A stretch of 63,713 nt of DNA, filler included, from Craspedostauros australis (taxonomy: Eukaryota): the NCBI GenBank assembly GCA_030167865.1. It is 15 parts of 15 records of this genome, joined end to end, with 100 filler letters (N's around TTAATTAATTAA, not from the genome) between each part and the next. Parts side by side here need not be neighbours in the genome. Positions count along the whole stretch, not along the records: positions 22,341 to 23,699 come from JALAGF010001055.1; positions 23,800 to 25,411 come from JALAGF010001056.1; positions 25,512 to 27,376 come from JALAGF010001057.1; positions 27,477 to 45,490 come from JALAGF010001058.1; 11 more parts are not named here. The stretch is one strand, 5' to 3'. How positions within the stretch are numbered: the first letter of the stretch is position 1; each line of letters begins with the position of its first letter. The translations under genes and the position numbers were made by a program. The notes under the pieces are model-generated. The model was given only the letters and a program-made list of their open reading frames with translations. It was not told the DNA's origin and ran no database searches. Positions 22,341 to 32,929 of the stretch are shown here, piece by piece.

Positions 22341-23699
22341 TGGACTTGTCCAAGGCATCGTCGAAGTTGGTGAAACCCTTGTTCTGGTAGATGACGGTGG
22401 CGTTCGTTTTGAGGGTCTGGATGCCACGGAGATCTTTGAGGAGTTCGGGGTTGACGCCGTCTCCGTTGCTGTTGAGGGGCTTGTAGCGTCCTGCTGGCAT
22501 GTAGTCGCCCTTGTAGAAGCCGGAGGTCTCGAACACCACAACACCAAGGTCCACGTTGTCGTTATCCAGAACGTCGGAGTTNTCGATGACCTTGAGCAGC
22601 TGGAGGACCGCGCCAATCTCTGCATCCAAGATCGTGTTCGCCTTGCCGTCGCCGTTGAGGTCGCCAATGTGGGAACCGCCGAATTGGGTGAGGTAGCTGG
22701 AATAGGAGATGTCGATGACGATGTTGATGTTGACCGGTGGCTTGGTGAGGAATCCGTCCTGGCATGCAGTTGGCGAGTCGGTTGGGCTTTCAGTGCACTC
22801 GCTCTTCTTCTTCTTGAAGAGATCGGTGACCCACATCTGACGTCCGAAGTTGTACAGATCCAGACCTTGCTCGTTGCTGGTGCAGCGGTACTGAACCTCA
22901 CCCTCAAAACCGTTGCTCTTGAGACGGATGACGCGCGTGTCGCCGCTTCGCCAGGTGTGCACCTTGGGGGACTTGCCGTAGACGAACTTGGGGGTGCGGA
23001 CATCGTGTCTGGTGCAAGATGGCCAGGAGGTTGCGCAATCCGTGAAGAATTCCCACACGTCGTTGGTACGGAGTTGCTCGTCGCTGTTGACATCCATGAC
23101 GACAAAGTCGAATGGGCCGCAGAAGTCGCTCTGCTTGGTGTCGGCAAAGCAAGCGGTGGAACCATCGTCGACGCACATGGGGGAGATGCCGCACTTGTTG
23201 TTCTCGTCGTACGTGTTGAAGACCTCGTTGTCATTCTTGGCGATCTCGAAGAACAATCTGCGGAATCGGGAGACGTAGGTCCTGGACTCGAAAAGGAAGA
23301 TCTTGTCGGCATGTAGCACACCTTCGTGCTGTTCGAACTTGGCGTACCACCAATCCTTCTTGCACCACGGCTCATCCTTGCAAAAGCCGTATCCGATCTT
23401 CTCCTTGTCCATCCTTGCGAGCGGGTCGAACTTGGCACCATTGTCGATGAGAGTTGCGCCCCAGGCTTCGGCGAAGGCTTCGACCAGCTCCTCGGCGTTG
23501 TTCACGTACTTGTTACCCTGGACACCGCCTCCGTACAGGTAGTACTGGCAATGCTTGTTGACCACCACGGTGGTCTTTCCAGATGGTCCGTCGGACGATC
23601 GCTTGGCATGGTCCTTGGTCCTTGGCTTTGCGTACGGGAAGTGGTAGCCAAGATCCTTGGTACAATCAGGAGCGACGGGAAGGGATGGGGCTGGACTGG
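22341..23699 (-). CDS. Partial secreted-type protein with a Cys-rich domain, SPT linker and von Willebrand A domain
   Basis: The frame is open across the whole contig. MIDAS-like IVIDISYSS and GFTNFDDAL, Ca-loop-like GDLNGDGKANTILDAEI, and the linker ESPTDSPTAC. Strongly C/G-ending codons. Confidence 0.8.
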
Positions 23700-24004
23700 N
23701 NNNNNNNNNNNNNNNNNNNNNNNNNNNNNNNNNNNNNNNNNNNTTAATTAATTAANNNNNNNNNNNNNNNNNNNNNNNNNNNNNNNNNNNNNNNNNNNNT
23801 CTGTGTGTCCTTCACAACTAACAGAACCAATGGAGTACGTGCTTCAAAGGAGGCCACTTCTTCAAATCAATCCCCAGTCCATTATTTGTTCTCTCTGCTT
23901 CCTCGCGTGCGGGGAGTGCGATGTGTGATGGATCGTTTGCATACGGGCACTGATGCGATCAGAGTAAACAGAACAAGTAGAAGTCAATTGTTATGCAACT
24001 GTTT

Positions 24005-24800
24005 GCATGCGCTGGCCCGCAGAAGTCTCTGCACCCCTGGATTCTTCGCACACTGGCAGCTGGGTGCCCATCGTCATCAGCCGTACCAGTTCAAGATCCA
24101 GCGGTTGCCAAATGCTTACTCCAGAGAAAGGATGCGTACACAAGGAACCACCGATACGAGCACAGAAACACGCAATACGCCGCAGCGGAGGGACAAGGGA
24201 GATTCAAGCTGTACCACTGATCACTTGGGATAGTGCTGCATGAAGTCTCATGCGATGAGTACATGGTAGCGCTGCAACGGATATCAATATGTGCTTCAAG
24301 AGAGGCAGCGACCAACAAAAGATGGAAAAAAGAGCACAAGAGATCCCGTTGTGAGTAGGTCTTTGGAAGATTGCCGCTGTTGGTTGCGTGCCGACGTTGG
24401 GTTGCTTGAGCCAAGAAGTGCAACATGTAATTACATCTAAGATTAACGGGTGGACCGCTGGTGCCACGAGTTGTCAATCGACAAATCGTGCTATATTGGT
24501 AACTCTCCCAGGGGGAAGTTCGTTGTACTCTGGAGGCATCGGTCTCTCGTGCGGCGCCAATGTTCCTGCCCATGATGTGTCATTCACTTCATTGTCGCCA
24601 AACGGTCCTACGTCTCCATTCACCACGTTTGGTTTCCGTTTGCGGTTTGATCTCCACCGTGCTTGCCTGTAGATGTCTACCACCAGCGCCCCCTACTGTA
24701 CTGCTTGCATGCACTGGCCCATGGAAGTACCCACACTTCTGGATTCTCCGCGCACTTGCGGTTCATGGCTGTCACCACCAGTTGTCCCAGTACATGACCT
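24005..24800. repeat. Diverged direct repeat pair of about 95 nt (about 24005-24100 and 24706-24800)
   Basis: tgcatgcgctggcccgcagaagt..ctggattcttcgcacact..ccagt aligns with tgcatgcactggcccatggaagt..ctggattctccgcgcact..ccagt. Confidence 0.7.
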
Positions 24801-25051
24801 ATTTGCTTGTAGGTGAGGATCCCAAAACATGGATGACAACAAAACAAAAGAGACAGAGATACAACAAAGAAATTGCGCCATACATTGCAGGAAGAGGATA
24901 CAATTAACAAAATAAATCACCCACTGATTAACCGCTCCTTATCTACAGCTGCATCGATGACGCTTTTTCCACCTCCTTTCAACTTTGCGTGGCACGCGAA
25001 GGGGGCACGGACTCGGGTCTGTTGCGTTCCTTAATTTTGTGCTTCCACGTC

Positions 25052-25411
25052 TGTTGGCAAGTTCCGCTCACGGTAACCTACGATCGTGGAAGATGGTGTT
25101 GGTTGATAGTCGTCTGTTTGCTATTTCATTAGTTGGCTACTCCGATCCTCTTGGTGTACGCCTGTTCTCTTGCCCGATGCTCTTGGTGCTTCAATCTGTT
25201 TTGTAGATTCAGCCTCCGACTATGAGTCGGTACGCGAGATGCTCTCTCGCTCCTCTCTGTATTCTCTCTCTCTCTCAACATCGTGTGTTCGTGCTGCACG
25301 ATACTCCATGTTCGATGCGTACTCTGCATTCGACACTCCGTTCATTCAGTACTGGTTCCTACTCCATGAGTACTCGCCATTTGAAGTTCACCTTCTGTAT
25401 CCATGATGCTG
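25052..25411 (-). mobile_element. LTR terminus, copy 1 (copia-like, ...CTTGCCAACA end)
   Basis: Homology with 26572-26930 and 48576-48659 begins exactly at TGTTGGCAAGTTCCGCTCACGGTAACC, with unrelated flanks. Confidence 0.8.
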
Positions 25412-25796
25412 NNNNNNNNNNNNNNNNNNNNNNNNNNNNNNNNNNNNNNNNNNNNTTAATTAATTAANNNNNNNNNNNNNNNNNNNNNNNNNNNNNNNNN
25501 NNNNNNNNNNNTTGGCAGCAGCAGAGGGAAACATGGTGGAATTGTTGGTGGAGAGTGTAGTTGTTATTTGGTCGGATGTGATGATCTGCACAGGTTTGAG
25601 ACGAAGTGAGGAGAGGAGAGCATGGGATGAAAGGCCACCATTCATTGACAGCCACAGCAACTATTACTACTACTACACTACTAGGGCGAGCACAAGCATG
25701 GAACACAACAAAGAGTACACATGACATTGGCGAAGAAAGNTGCGAAATGGAGCGCAAGTGTGGCGATGATGCCTGAATTTGTGAACAGATGCCGAT

Positions 25797-25851
25797 GATG
25801 TGTGATGTGTGATGTGTTTTGTGTGATGTGTTTTGTGTGATGTGTTTTGTG
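25797..25851. repeat. Short tandem repeat of (GTGATGTGTTTTGT)-type units
   Basis: Three 14-nt copies preceded by TGTGATG units. Confidence 0.8.
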
Positions 25852-26571
25852 ACGAGCAAAATGTGAGAACATGTCGCAGATGCTAACGTGTATTTAACGC
25901 GTACCAAACGAACGACAATCCCGGCGTCTATTCCGTGATTGGATACCATACGATAAATGCATGAGAACATAATCGAACTTTCTGCGAAACAACTAGGAAT
26001 TTCACAGGGATCGACCCATACGACTTCAGAAAACCTTTGAATATGCATAAAACTTAAAATAGGATCTATCTCAAAAATGTAATGGTTAATTATTTATAAG
26101 AAGAGGTGGGAGAATACGATTATATGCTTGGTTTGGATCTACTGAATAAATGTTCTTGAGTCCCGTAACAAAGTGCAGGTCGACTCACTAAGGCGGCTCG
26201 TATTGGAATAATAGATTGCAGCAGGGTGCTTCAGCGTGTCAGGAATCGGGTGTTGTGAAACACCGAATTGCCGCACCTCCTAAGAGTGCGGAGTTGATCA
26301 TTGTGTAATGCTACATTACCGCACCTCTCAACAAGTCAAGAGTCAGGAGTCGAATGTCATGAAATGCTACGTTACCGCAGATCCCACCTGTGGATCTTTG
26401 TGACAGAAAATGTGAGCTACACGCGTTTTGTGGTGAAGAACGCCACGTGCCGAATGCGAACCGGACTATGGTGTCCGTGACCTCAATGCAGGAATGCCAA
26501 TCACACATGAATGTCGCAGGGGGCAGGGATGTTGGAATCGTGACCAACATCACGATACGAGCGACTACGGC

Positions 26572-27376
26572 TGTTGGCAAGTTCCGCTCACGGTAACCTA
26601 CGATTGTGGAAGATGGTGTTGGTTGATAGTCGTCTGTTTGCTATTTCATTACGTTGGCACTCCGATACTCTCGGTGTCCGTTTGTTCTCTTGCCCGATGC
26701 TCTCGGCGCTTCAATCTGTTTCGTAGATTCAGTCTCTGACTATGAGTCGGTACGCGAGATCCTCTCTCGCTCTTCTCTGTATTCTCTCTCTCTCTCTCAA
26801 CATCGTGTGCTCGTGCTACACGATACTCCGTGTTCGATGCATACTCTGCATTTGACACTCTGTTCGTTCAGTACTGGTTCCTACTCCATGAGTACTTACC
26901 ATTTGAAGTTCACCTTCAGTATCCATGATCTTCATGGGTCATCGTATCTTCACCTCCTGTTCTGACTTGGAGACAGATGTCGACGTGGTGACACGATGGC
27001 ATCCTGTCGACGTCAGTAGGCGTCCTTCTGCTCTCCAGATGTCACGTTCCATTGGTGATGCAGTAGTCTGTCAGATGATATCGTCATCTGAGGTTTAGTT
27101 GGGAAGTACCTCGAGATTCTCTTGGTACCATTGATGGATGGATGGACGATCTTCCAATTTTCTCAGAAATCGTTATTTGCAAATTTCCTCCAGAAATCTT
27201 GCCTCTTTTCGTGTGTTCCATTTCCCCTGTGATTTTGCCAAATTACAGCATATTATTGACACAAATGTAGTTGTACCGTCCATACATGTATAAGAGAATA
27301 GCAGGTGAACGATGCACATATACACGTACATCTTGACATATACTCACATGTACATCTCGACACCCTTCCTGTGTGC
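26572..27376 (-). mobile_element. LTR terminus, copy 2, probably running to the contig end
   Basis: Highly similar to 25052-25411 and starts at the same TGTTGG boundary. Extension beyond about 26930 is inferred. Confidence 0.75.
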
Positions 27377-27476
27377 NNNNNNNNNNNNNNNNNNNNNNNN
27401 NNNNNNNNNNNNNNNNNNNNTTAATTAATTAANNNNNNNNNNNNNNNNNNNNNNNNNNNNNNNNNNNNNNNNNNNN

Positions 27477-27935
27477 CTGCCGACAGCAGCAGGAAAGGTC
27501 GATCGGTCAGTGCGAAACGCGCAGCTCGTGATGGTGTCAACCGCAAGGCGACCATCGTGATCGAGCATCTCATCCAGGCTTCGGATGTTGCCCACACCAT
27601 GCAGCATTGGCACGTGTACCGCAAGTGGAACGAGCGGTTGTTCCACGAGCTCTACGCTGCCTACCGAAGCGGACGAGCAGGCAGCAACCCAGCAGACTTC
27701 TGGGCGAAGGGCGAGGTGATGTTCTTTGACCATTACGTCATCCCGCTGGCGAAGAAGCTGAAGAACTGTGGAGTCTTCGGTGTGTCGAGTGATGAATACC
27801 TGAACTACGCCATCAGCAACAGGCAAGAGTGGATCGAGAAGGGTGACACGATCGTTGCGGACATGGTGAGCAAGCTGAGCGACCAGTTCGAGGCCAGCAG
27901 CACGGATACGGAGGAGGAAGAGGAGGAGAGTGAGT
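27477..27935 (+). CDS. C-terminus of a cyclic-nucleotide phosphodiesterase domain of a diatom cyclase-PDE fusion protein (partial)
   Basis: RKATIVIEHLIQASDVAHTMQHWHVYRKWNERLFHE..FWAKGEVMFFDHYVIPLAKKLKNCGVFGVSSDEYLNYA..NRQEW. Confidence 0.92.
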
Positions 27936-28996
27936 GAGTGAGTGAAGCATGGCAGATGCAGAATGGATGCAGAGCTGATGACACCGCGAGGGTACGATGG
28001 TGATGCAGGTGCGCGCATCCAGAAGTTGCCAAAAGGGAATAATGCCACATGTGGTTGTGACGGATGGCTCTACTCCAGAGAGTATACAGGCATGGTATCA
28101 TTCGAGACCCAGGGAGTCCAGGAGTTTAACCTTCGACCAAGATACATGTTATACGCATGATGCAATACATCCGAGTACTCGCAGGTGCCATGAGCTATGC
28201 ACAGCGTGCGACATGGTGCACGACTACTATAGAGTAGTTGATTCAGTCAAGAACAGTTCGAAATCGTCGTTCCCAGCGTGCAGCTTCGTGACCAGAGTCC
28301 GCACACCAGCAACGATGCATCGCCCTCGCCGAGCGTGAGTCAGATGTATGGTACGCGCGGTAGTATTGCCATAGTCGTACATATTATACCACACAACCCA
28401 AGGGAAACATCTGGACCACACGCGACAAGGTGACGGTCTCATGGACGCTGGTGGCATTGTTGTTGTCGGTATTATTCCTCCAGCCCTGCTTCTTCGAAAT
28501 TGTGCCGTCCTAGTCTCTCTTGGGGAGGCTTGTGTGTAGTATCATAATATTATACCATACAATCTACAAGTGAAATATATGATATAACCTAATAGGTCAT
28601 ACTCGCATGCCACGTGCTCCACCATGCTGGTGTGCGGAACGCGACGCGCTAACTCATTCTCTCTCTCTCTCTCTCTATCTAGACATTTATCTTTAGCCTG
28701 CATGGTTGAGCGGCGAGTGGATTGGATTGGACTGAACCGATTGAATTTCTGGACAACGAAAAACGCACGATAAAGTGGTCTGGATACTCACACGTTGTGT
28801 GGAAGCTTCCGATCATGATGCTCGTGACACATCAACGCTCGTGAGAACAGAACGCATGTGCGCTTCTCAAGAAAATCGTGACACTTCGAGAAATCGAAAT
28901 CGACAACCAACCAACCCCCCAATCCTCCCACAATACCGATCACAAGCCAGATTCCCACCACCATTGTCAGCACCAGCACCAGCACCAGCACTCAAG

Positions 28997-30151
28997 ATGC
29001 CTTCCCCCAAGCACGCAGCCTTCTACGATGAAGACAATTTCCCTGTCCCTGGGACAAGAGTAATCATCTCAAAAGCAGGGAGGCTCCCTGCAAAGGGAAT
29101 CGTGGTTGGGTACACCAAGCACAAGATGAAGGTCCACTGCACGCAGGGGAATGCAGAGATACGCACTGGGCGGACAGTAATCATCGGTCTCGGTGGGCTT
29201 TACCCCTTGTCCAAGCCAGAATACAAGAGCGCTAGCATTGATCCGTTCGAAGTGATGAGCATCGCAATCGCGGATGGCCAGTGCTTCGTGCCTGGTGAGG
29301 ACGGTCGGTGGACCGAGACCTACAATGAGGGACGGCACCAGGGCGCTGCTCTGGAATCTTTTCCATACTTCAAAGTCAAGGAGGACCGCGTGGAAGACAT
29401 CAAGGCCCGAGCTCAGGTCGCTCGAACAGTCGAAAGAGGCCACAGATTGCTTGCGGACTATCGCGCGGCGCAGAGAAATGCTCTCAAGTCTTGCCCTCCC
29501 ATCCAGCGCCATCCGCACGCCGAATGGATCTCCACGTTTCCCAGCCACACCAGAACGACGGAACCGAAACCAATCAACACGGAGGCCGCACATTTATCCG
29601 CCAAGATGCAAGTTCCGAAGGACCTCTCCAACAAGAAGCAGGAGAAACAATACATCGCGGATAGCGGCAGCGAGTACGAACAAGATACTGACACCGAAGC
29701 GTCGCCGTCAGTAATAGAAAAGAAGCGCGCACGCCGAAAGCGCACCGAGGATCCCAAGCCTCCGCCAAGGGAGATTTCTCTTCCCAGCCGCCGCCTGCGC
29801 AGTAACAGCCGCGACAGCGGAGCCATGGAAGAGGCCAGGGTCGTCTCTAATCAATCTTTGATAACCGACACCAGCCACACCAGGAGGATGGATGAGGAAG
29901 AGTTTCCGGTCGACCTATTCATTAGCTCAGATGAGGAGATCAAGAGCATGCTGCAATCCGACTACGCAGCCAGGGGCTCGATCACGACCTTGGCGGCGTG
30001 CCTCACAAGAGCTGGTGTCCCGACGGTCAATCGCTACCACATCATGTCGTTAGCCCAACATATCAACGACGAGATGCAGCAGATGAATTGTCCACGCCCG
30101 AGAAGTGCGAAACGATCCCACAAACGCCGCCGAACACGTCGAAGTGCGTGA
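28997..30151 (+). CDS. Hypothetical protein with N-terminal KOW/SH3-like segment and basic C-terminus
   Basis: Intronless ORF. PGTRVIISKAGRLPAKGIVVGYTKHKMKV resembles a KOW-type beta barrel. NLS-like KKRARRKR and KRSHKRRRTRRS. Flanks are AT-rich. Confidence 0.6.
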   Translation: MPSPKHAAFYDEDNFPVPGTRVIISKAGRLPAKGIVVGYTKHKMKVHCTQGNAEIRTGRTVIIGLGGLYPLSKPEYKSASIDPFEVMSIAIADGQCFVPGEDGRWTETYNEGRHQGAALESFPYFKVKEDRVEDIKARAQVARTVERGHRLLADYRAAQRNALKSCPPIQRHPHAEWISTFPSHTRTTEPKPINTEAAHLSAKMQVPKDLSNKKQEKQYIADSGSEYEQDTDTEASPSVIEKKRARRKRTEDPKPPPREISLPSRRLRSNSRDSGAMEEARVVSNQSLITDTSHTRRMDEEEFPVDLFISSDEEIKSMLQSDYAARGSITTLAACLTRAGVPTVNRYHIMSLAQHINDEMQQMNCPRPRSAKRSHKRRRTRRSA

Positions 30152-30714
30152 GCGCACAACCACGAAAGGCCCCCAACACGTTATGGCATCTGCAACCATG
30201 ACGCCAGCGCGGCCTCCTGTTTGTACTCCGATCATTAGGTGTTTGCGAAATCCAACGAATCGGGTTAAACCAGTTTTATTTTGTATCTATAATATTCTAT
30301 TATACTATTATACTTGTATTGGGTCATGTACGCGTATTTAACTACGATTCATCACACCTACCAGCAGCAATGATCTATTACATTAGAATACTTGGAAATC
30401 AATAGAATACTACTCCGGAGCAGATGAATTTAGAATCTGTGGTATTACTCGTGCAGTACGAGCTCGGGTATTCTGCGCTACTCGATGTAGTTTTGGACGT
30501 TCCGCTGAAAACAGATTGCCAGAGGAAGGCACTTCCGAGAACTATCTTCCCAATTCCGGGTGATGTGATTCTTTCAAGTAACATAGTATGTTAGTAGTGG
30601 TGTACTAGTTGTACAGTGCATGGAGAGCAATGGGGGATGCTCGAAGTACGTATAATAGATAGGCATGGTACGGTACATGGAATGCAAAATTGTGGAAAGT
30701 GGTTGGCAGGTTGC

Positions 30715-31536
30715 TCAGGATGACGCGTTGCGGTGTGCATGTTGCTGCTGCTGCTGCTGCTGCTGGGTGAGATTGGAGTTGGAAGCTGCCCCAATGTCGC
30801 TGTTCGGAGCAGTCGGCACCAATTCCTCCATCATCTTGGAACCATCGTCGGAGTTCACAATGTGCGATTCCAAGTTGGAAACGAAGCTGAGGAAGCTGGA
30901 ATCATGCAGCAAGCGGGTGACGTGGGACATGACGCAATGATTGTGTTGCTGCTTGTTTGGGCGATGCTGTCGCGTGATAACGGTATTCTCGCGACTCGAC
31001 GATGAAGGCACAGCCAACGACCGCTTCGGTGGATTGTGTCGCAAGAAAGCTGCCGAGAAGCCATGGCATTCTTGCCGAGAGCGAAAGCGCATCACCATGG
31101 CGCGCGGTTGCCGCTGTTGCGACGAATTGGAGACGAGCAAGATGCAGTCGCCGCGTTGGATCATGGTCGTTTTGTCTGCTGGTTTCGTGGTGCTCTTGCC
31201 GCCATCATCATGTTGGTCGTCGTTGCCATTGTTGTTGTCGTTGTTCAGCGTGAACTTTTGGCGCAGCGCCGGGATGACGATGCAGTTTCTTCTTGGCGCC
31301 ACGCTCAGGCATGGCCTTCTTCTGTTGCCATCATCAAGGACACCATTCTCATCGTCTGCCAGGGGCGTCTGTTGCTGCCATCCATGACTCTCGGTGAAGC
31401 GGAAGATATCGACTTCCCAGCCTCGCGACTTTTCTTCGCGCATCGTCGTCATGTTACCGCCGCTGTTTTCGTTGCAATGAATGCAGTTGTTCACGTTGTG
31501 CACGTATTCGTTGTGAAGAACAGACATGGTCGTCAT
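30715..31536 (-). CDS. Rec114/PHS1-like meiotic recombination protein (PH-like domain plus C-terminal helix motif)
   Basis: N-terminal WEVDIFRF..GW, beta-rich core ending RAMVMRFRSRQECHGFSAAF, a disordered linker, then VTRLLHDSSFLSFVSNLESHI resembling the Rec114/PHS1 C-terminal motif. Confidence 0.55.
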   Translation of the reverse strand: MTTMSVLHNEYVHNVNNCIHCNENSGGNMTTMREEKSRGWEVDIFRFTESHGWQQQTPLADDENGVLDDGNRRRPCLSVAPRRNCIVIPALRQKFTLNNDNNNGNDDQHDDGGKSTTKPADKTTMIQRGDCILLVSNSSQQRQPRAMVMRFRSRQECHGFSAAFLRHNPPKRSLAVPSSSSRENTVITRQHRPNKQQHNHCVMSHVTRLLHDSSFLSFVSNLESHIVNSDDGSKMMEELVPTAPNSDIGAASNSNLTQQQQQQQQHAHRNASS

Positions 31537-31805
31537 GGTGCGACGACTGCTTTTCACTGCTGTGTGTTGTGTGTTGTGTGTTGTGTGTGGGCGATCTTAC
31601 GTATGTCTGGAAGATCGACGAACGGCAAGGAGAGCCAGAAAGGAAGTTTAATCTGCTCGTACGTCTGGATCGCAGCAAGTTGTGAATCGAAGGATTGAAA
31701 ATCGCGGTGCCAGGCAGTGTGTGCGGCAACGACGCAGTGCGAGCGCGGCTGTGTGTGGACCGGGTTCTGAGGTGCCAGATGGGTGAATGGATGGATCGGC
31801 AGGGC

Positions 31806-31856
31806 CAACTCAGCTCAGCTCAGCCCAACTCAACTCAACTCAACTCAGCTCAGCTC
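31806..31856. repeat. (CTCAR)n pentanucleotide microsatellite
   Basis: About 10 units of CTCAG/CTCAA in the divergent intergenic region. Confidence 0.85.
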
Positions 31857-32929
31857 TCTTCCTTCGGCATCGCTTCAACTCCCTCACTTCAACTCGGCAC
31901 ACACTCAGGACAGCACCGTTGGCAGGGTGTCGCTGCCAGAGTGGACCTTCGTGCCGATTCGCTTTGTCCCGTGTCGCTCCTCTCTTGTGTCTTCCTCCTT
32001 TCTCCGTGATGACGCCAACGGATGCAACAAGAAGACGAATGGCGCCTGCGCTTCCTCTGATTTCTCAAGGAACGCAGGAACAAGTGACAATTCGCTTCTC
32101 CCAAAGATGCGCCATCTGCCAAAGATCGGTGTTCGTTTCGGCTTCTCTCTAAAATCCTGCACAAACTTGTATTCGAGTGGGTCGATTTTCCCTTTTCAAA
32201 ACGTTGGTTTTTTCGAATGTACGATTTCATGAACGAAGAACGGATATTGAGAAAAATGGTGTAGCGAGGCAAGACTCCCCGGAGCACTGTGGAGACAGAG
32301 CACTATTGCGTGTTCATTCGAGGCATTCACACGGATTAAACGTAGGCCATAGAAATAAATCATATTTTTTACCTTGCTTGCCCTGCGCCACGACGGTGAA
32401 AAGCTGTTTTGTGTGTCGGTCTCGATTCGTGTTGCACGCCACTCTTGTGGAACCCGTTGGGACGGCTCCACCTTCCACTCCTTGAAGCTTGCAGCTTCGA
32501 GGATTCGGTCTCAGTTGTGCTTCAACCTTCACCCTGGGGATATGTAGAAAGAGAGAGGAGCAGATCACACGTTCTCGTCAACGTGCTGAGGTTGCCATCG
32601 TTGCAGCAACCATGTTGATTTGGATGAAATATGGATGTTTTATATTTGGTCCATCCGTCCATCAGAACGCCACAGCTTCTGTCGTTTCGATTCATCGAGT
32701 TTCGAGGAACAACGATGACGCAGATCGAATCGTTTTCGGGATCGAACACAAACACACAGAACGACGCAGCGCAACGCACAACGCAACGCACAACACAAAA
32801 TTGATTCAGAAGCGCACCAACAAAGTCACAAATCGCCGCAAATAGTCACAATCACATTCATACTCGTAGCTCGTATAATACCAGTATTGGCATAGAAGAG
32901 GAGGAAGAGGCACCGAAAGAGAGCGGATC

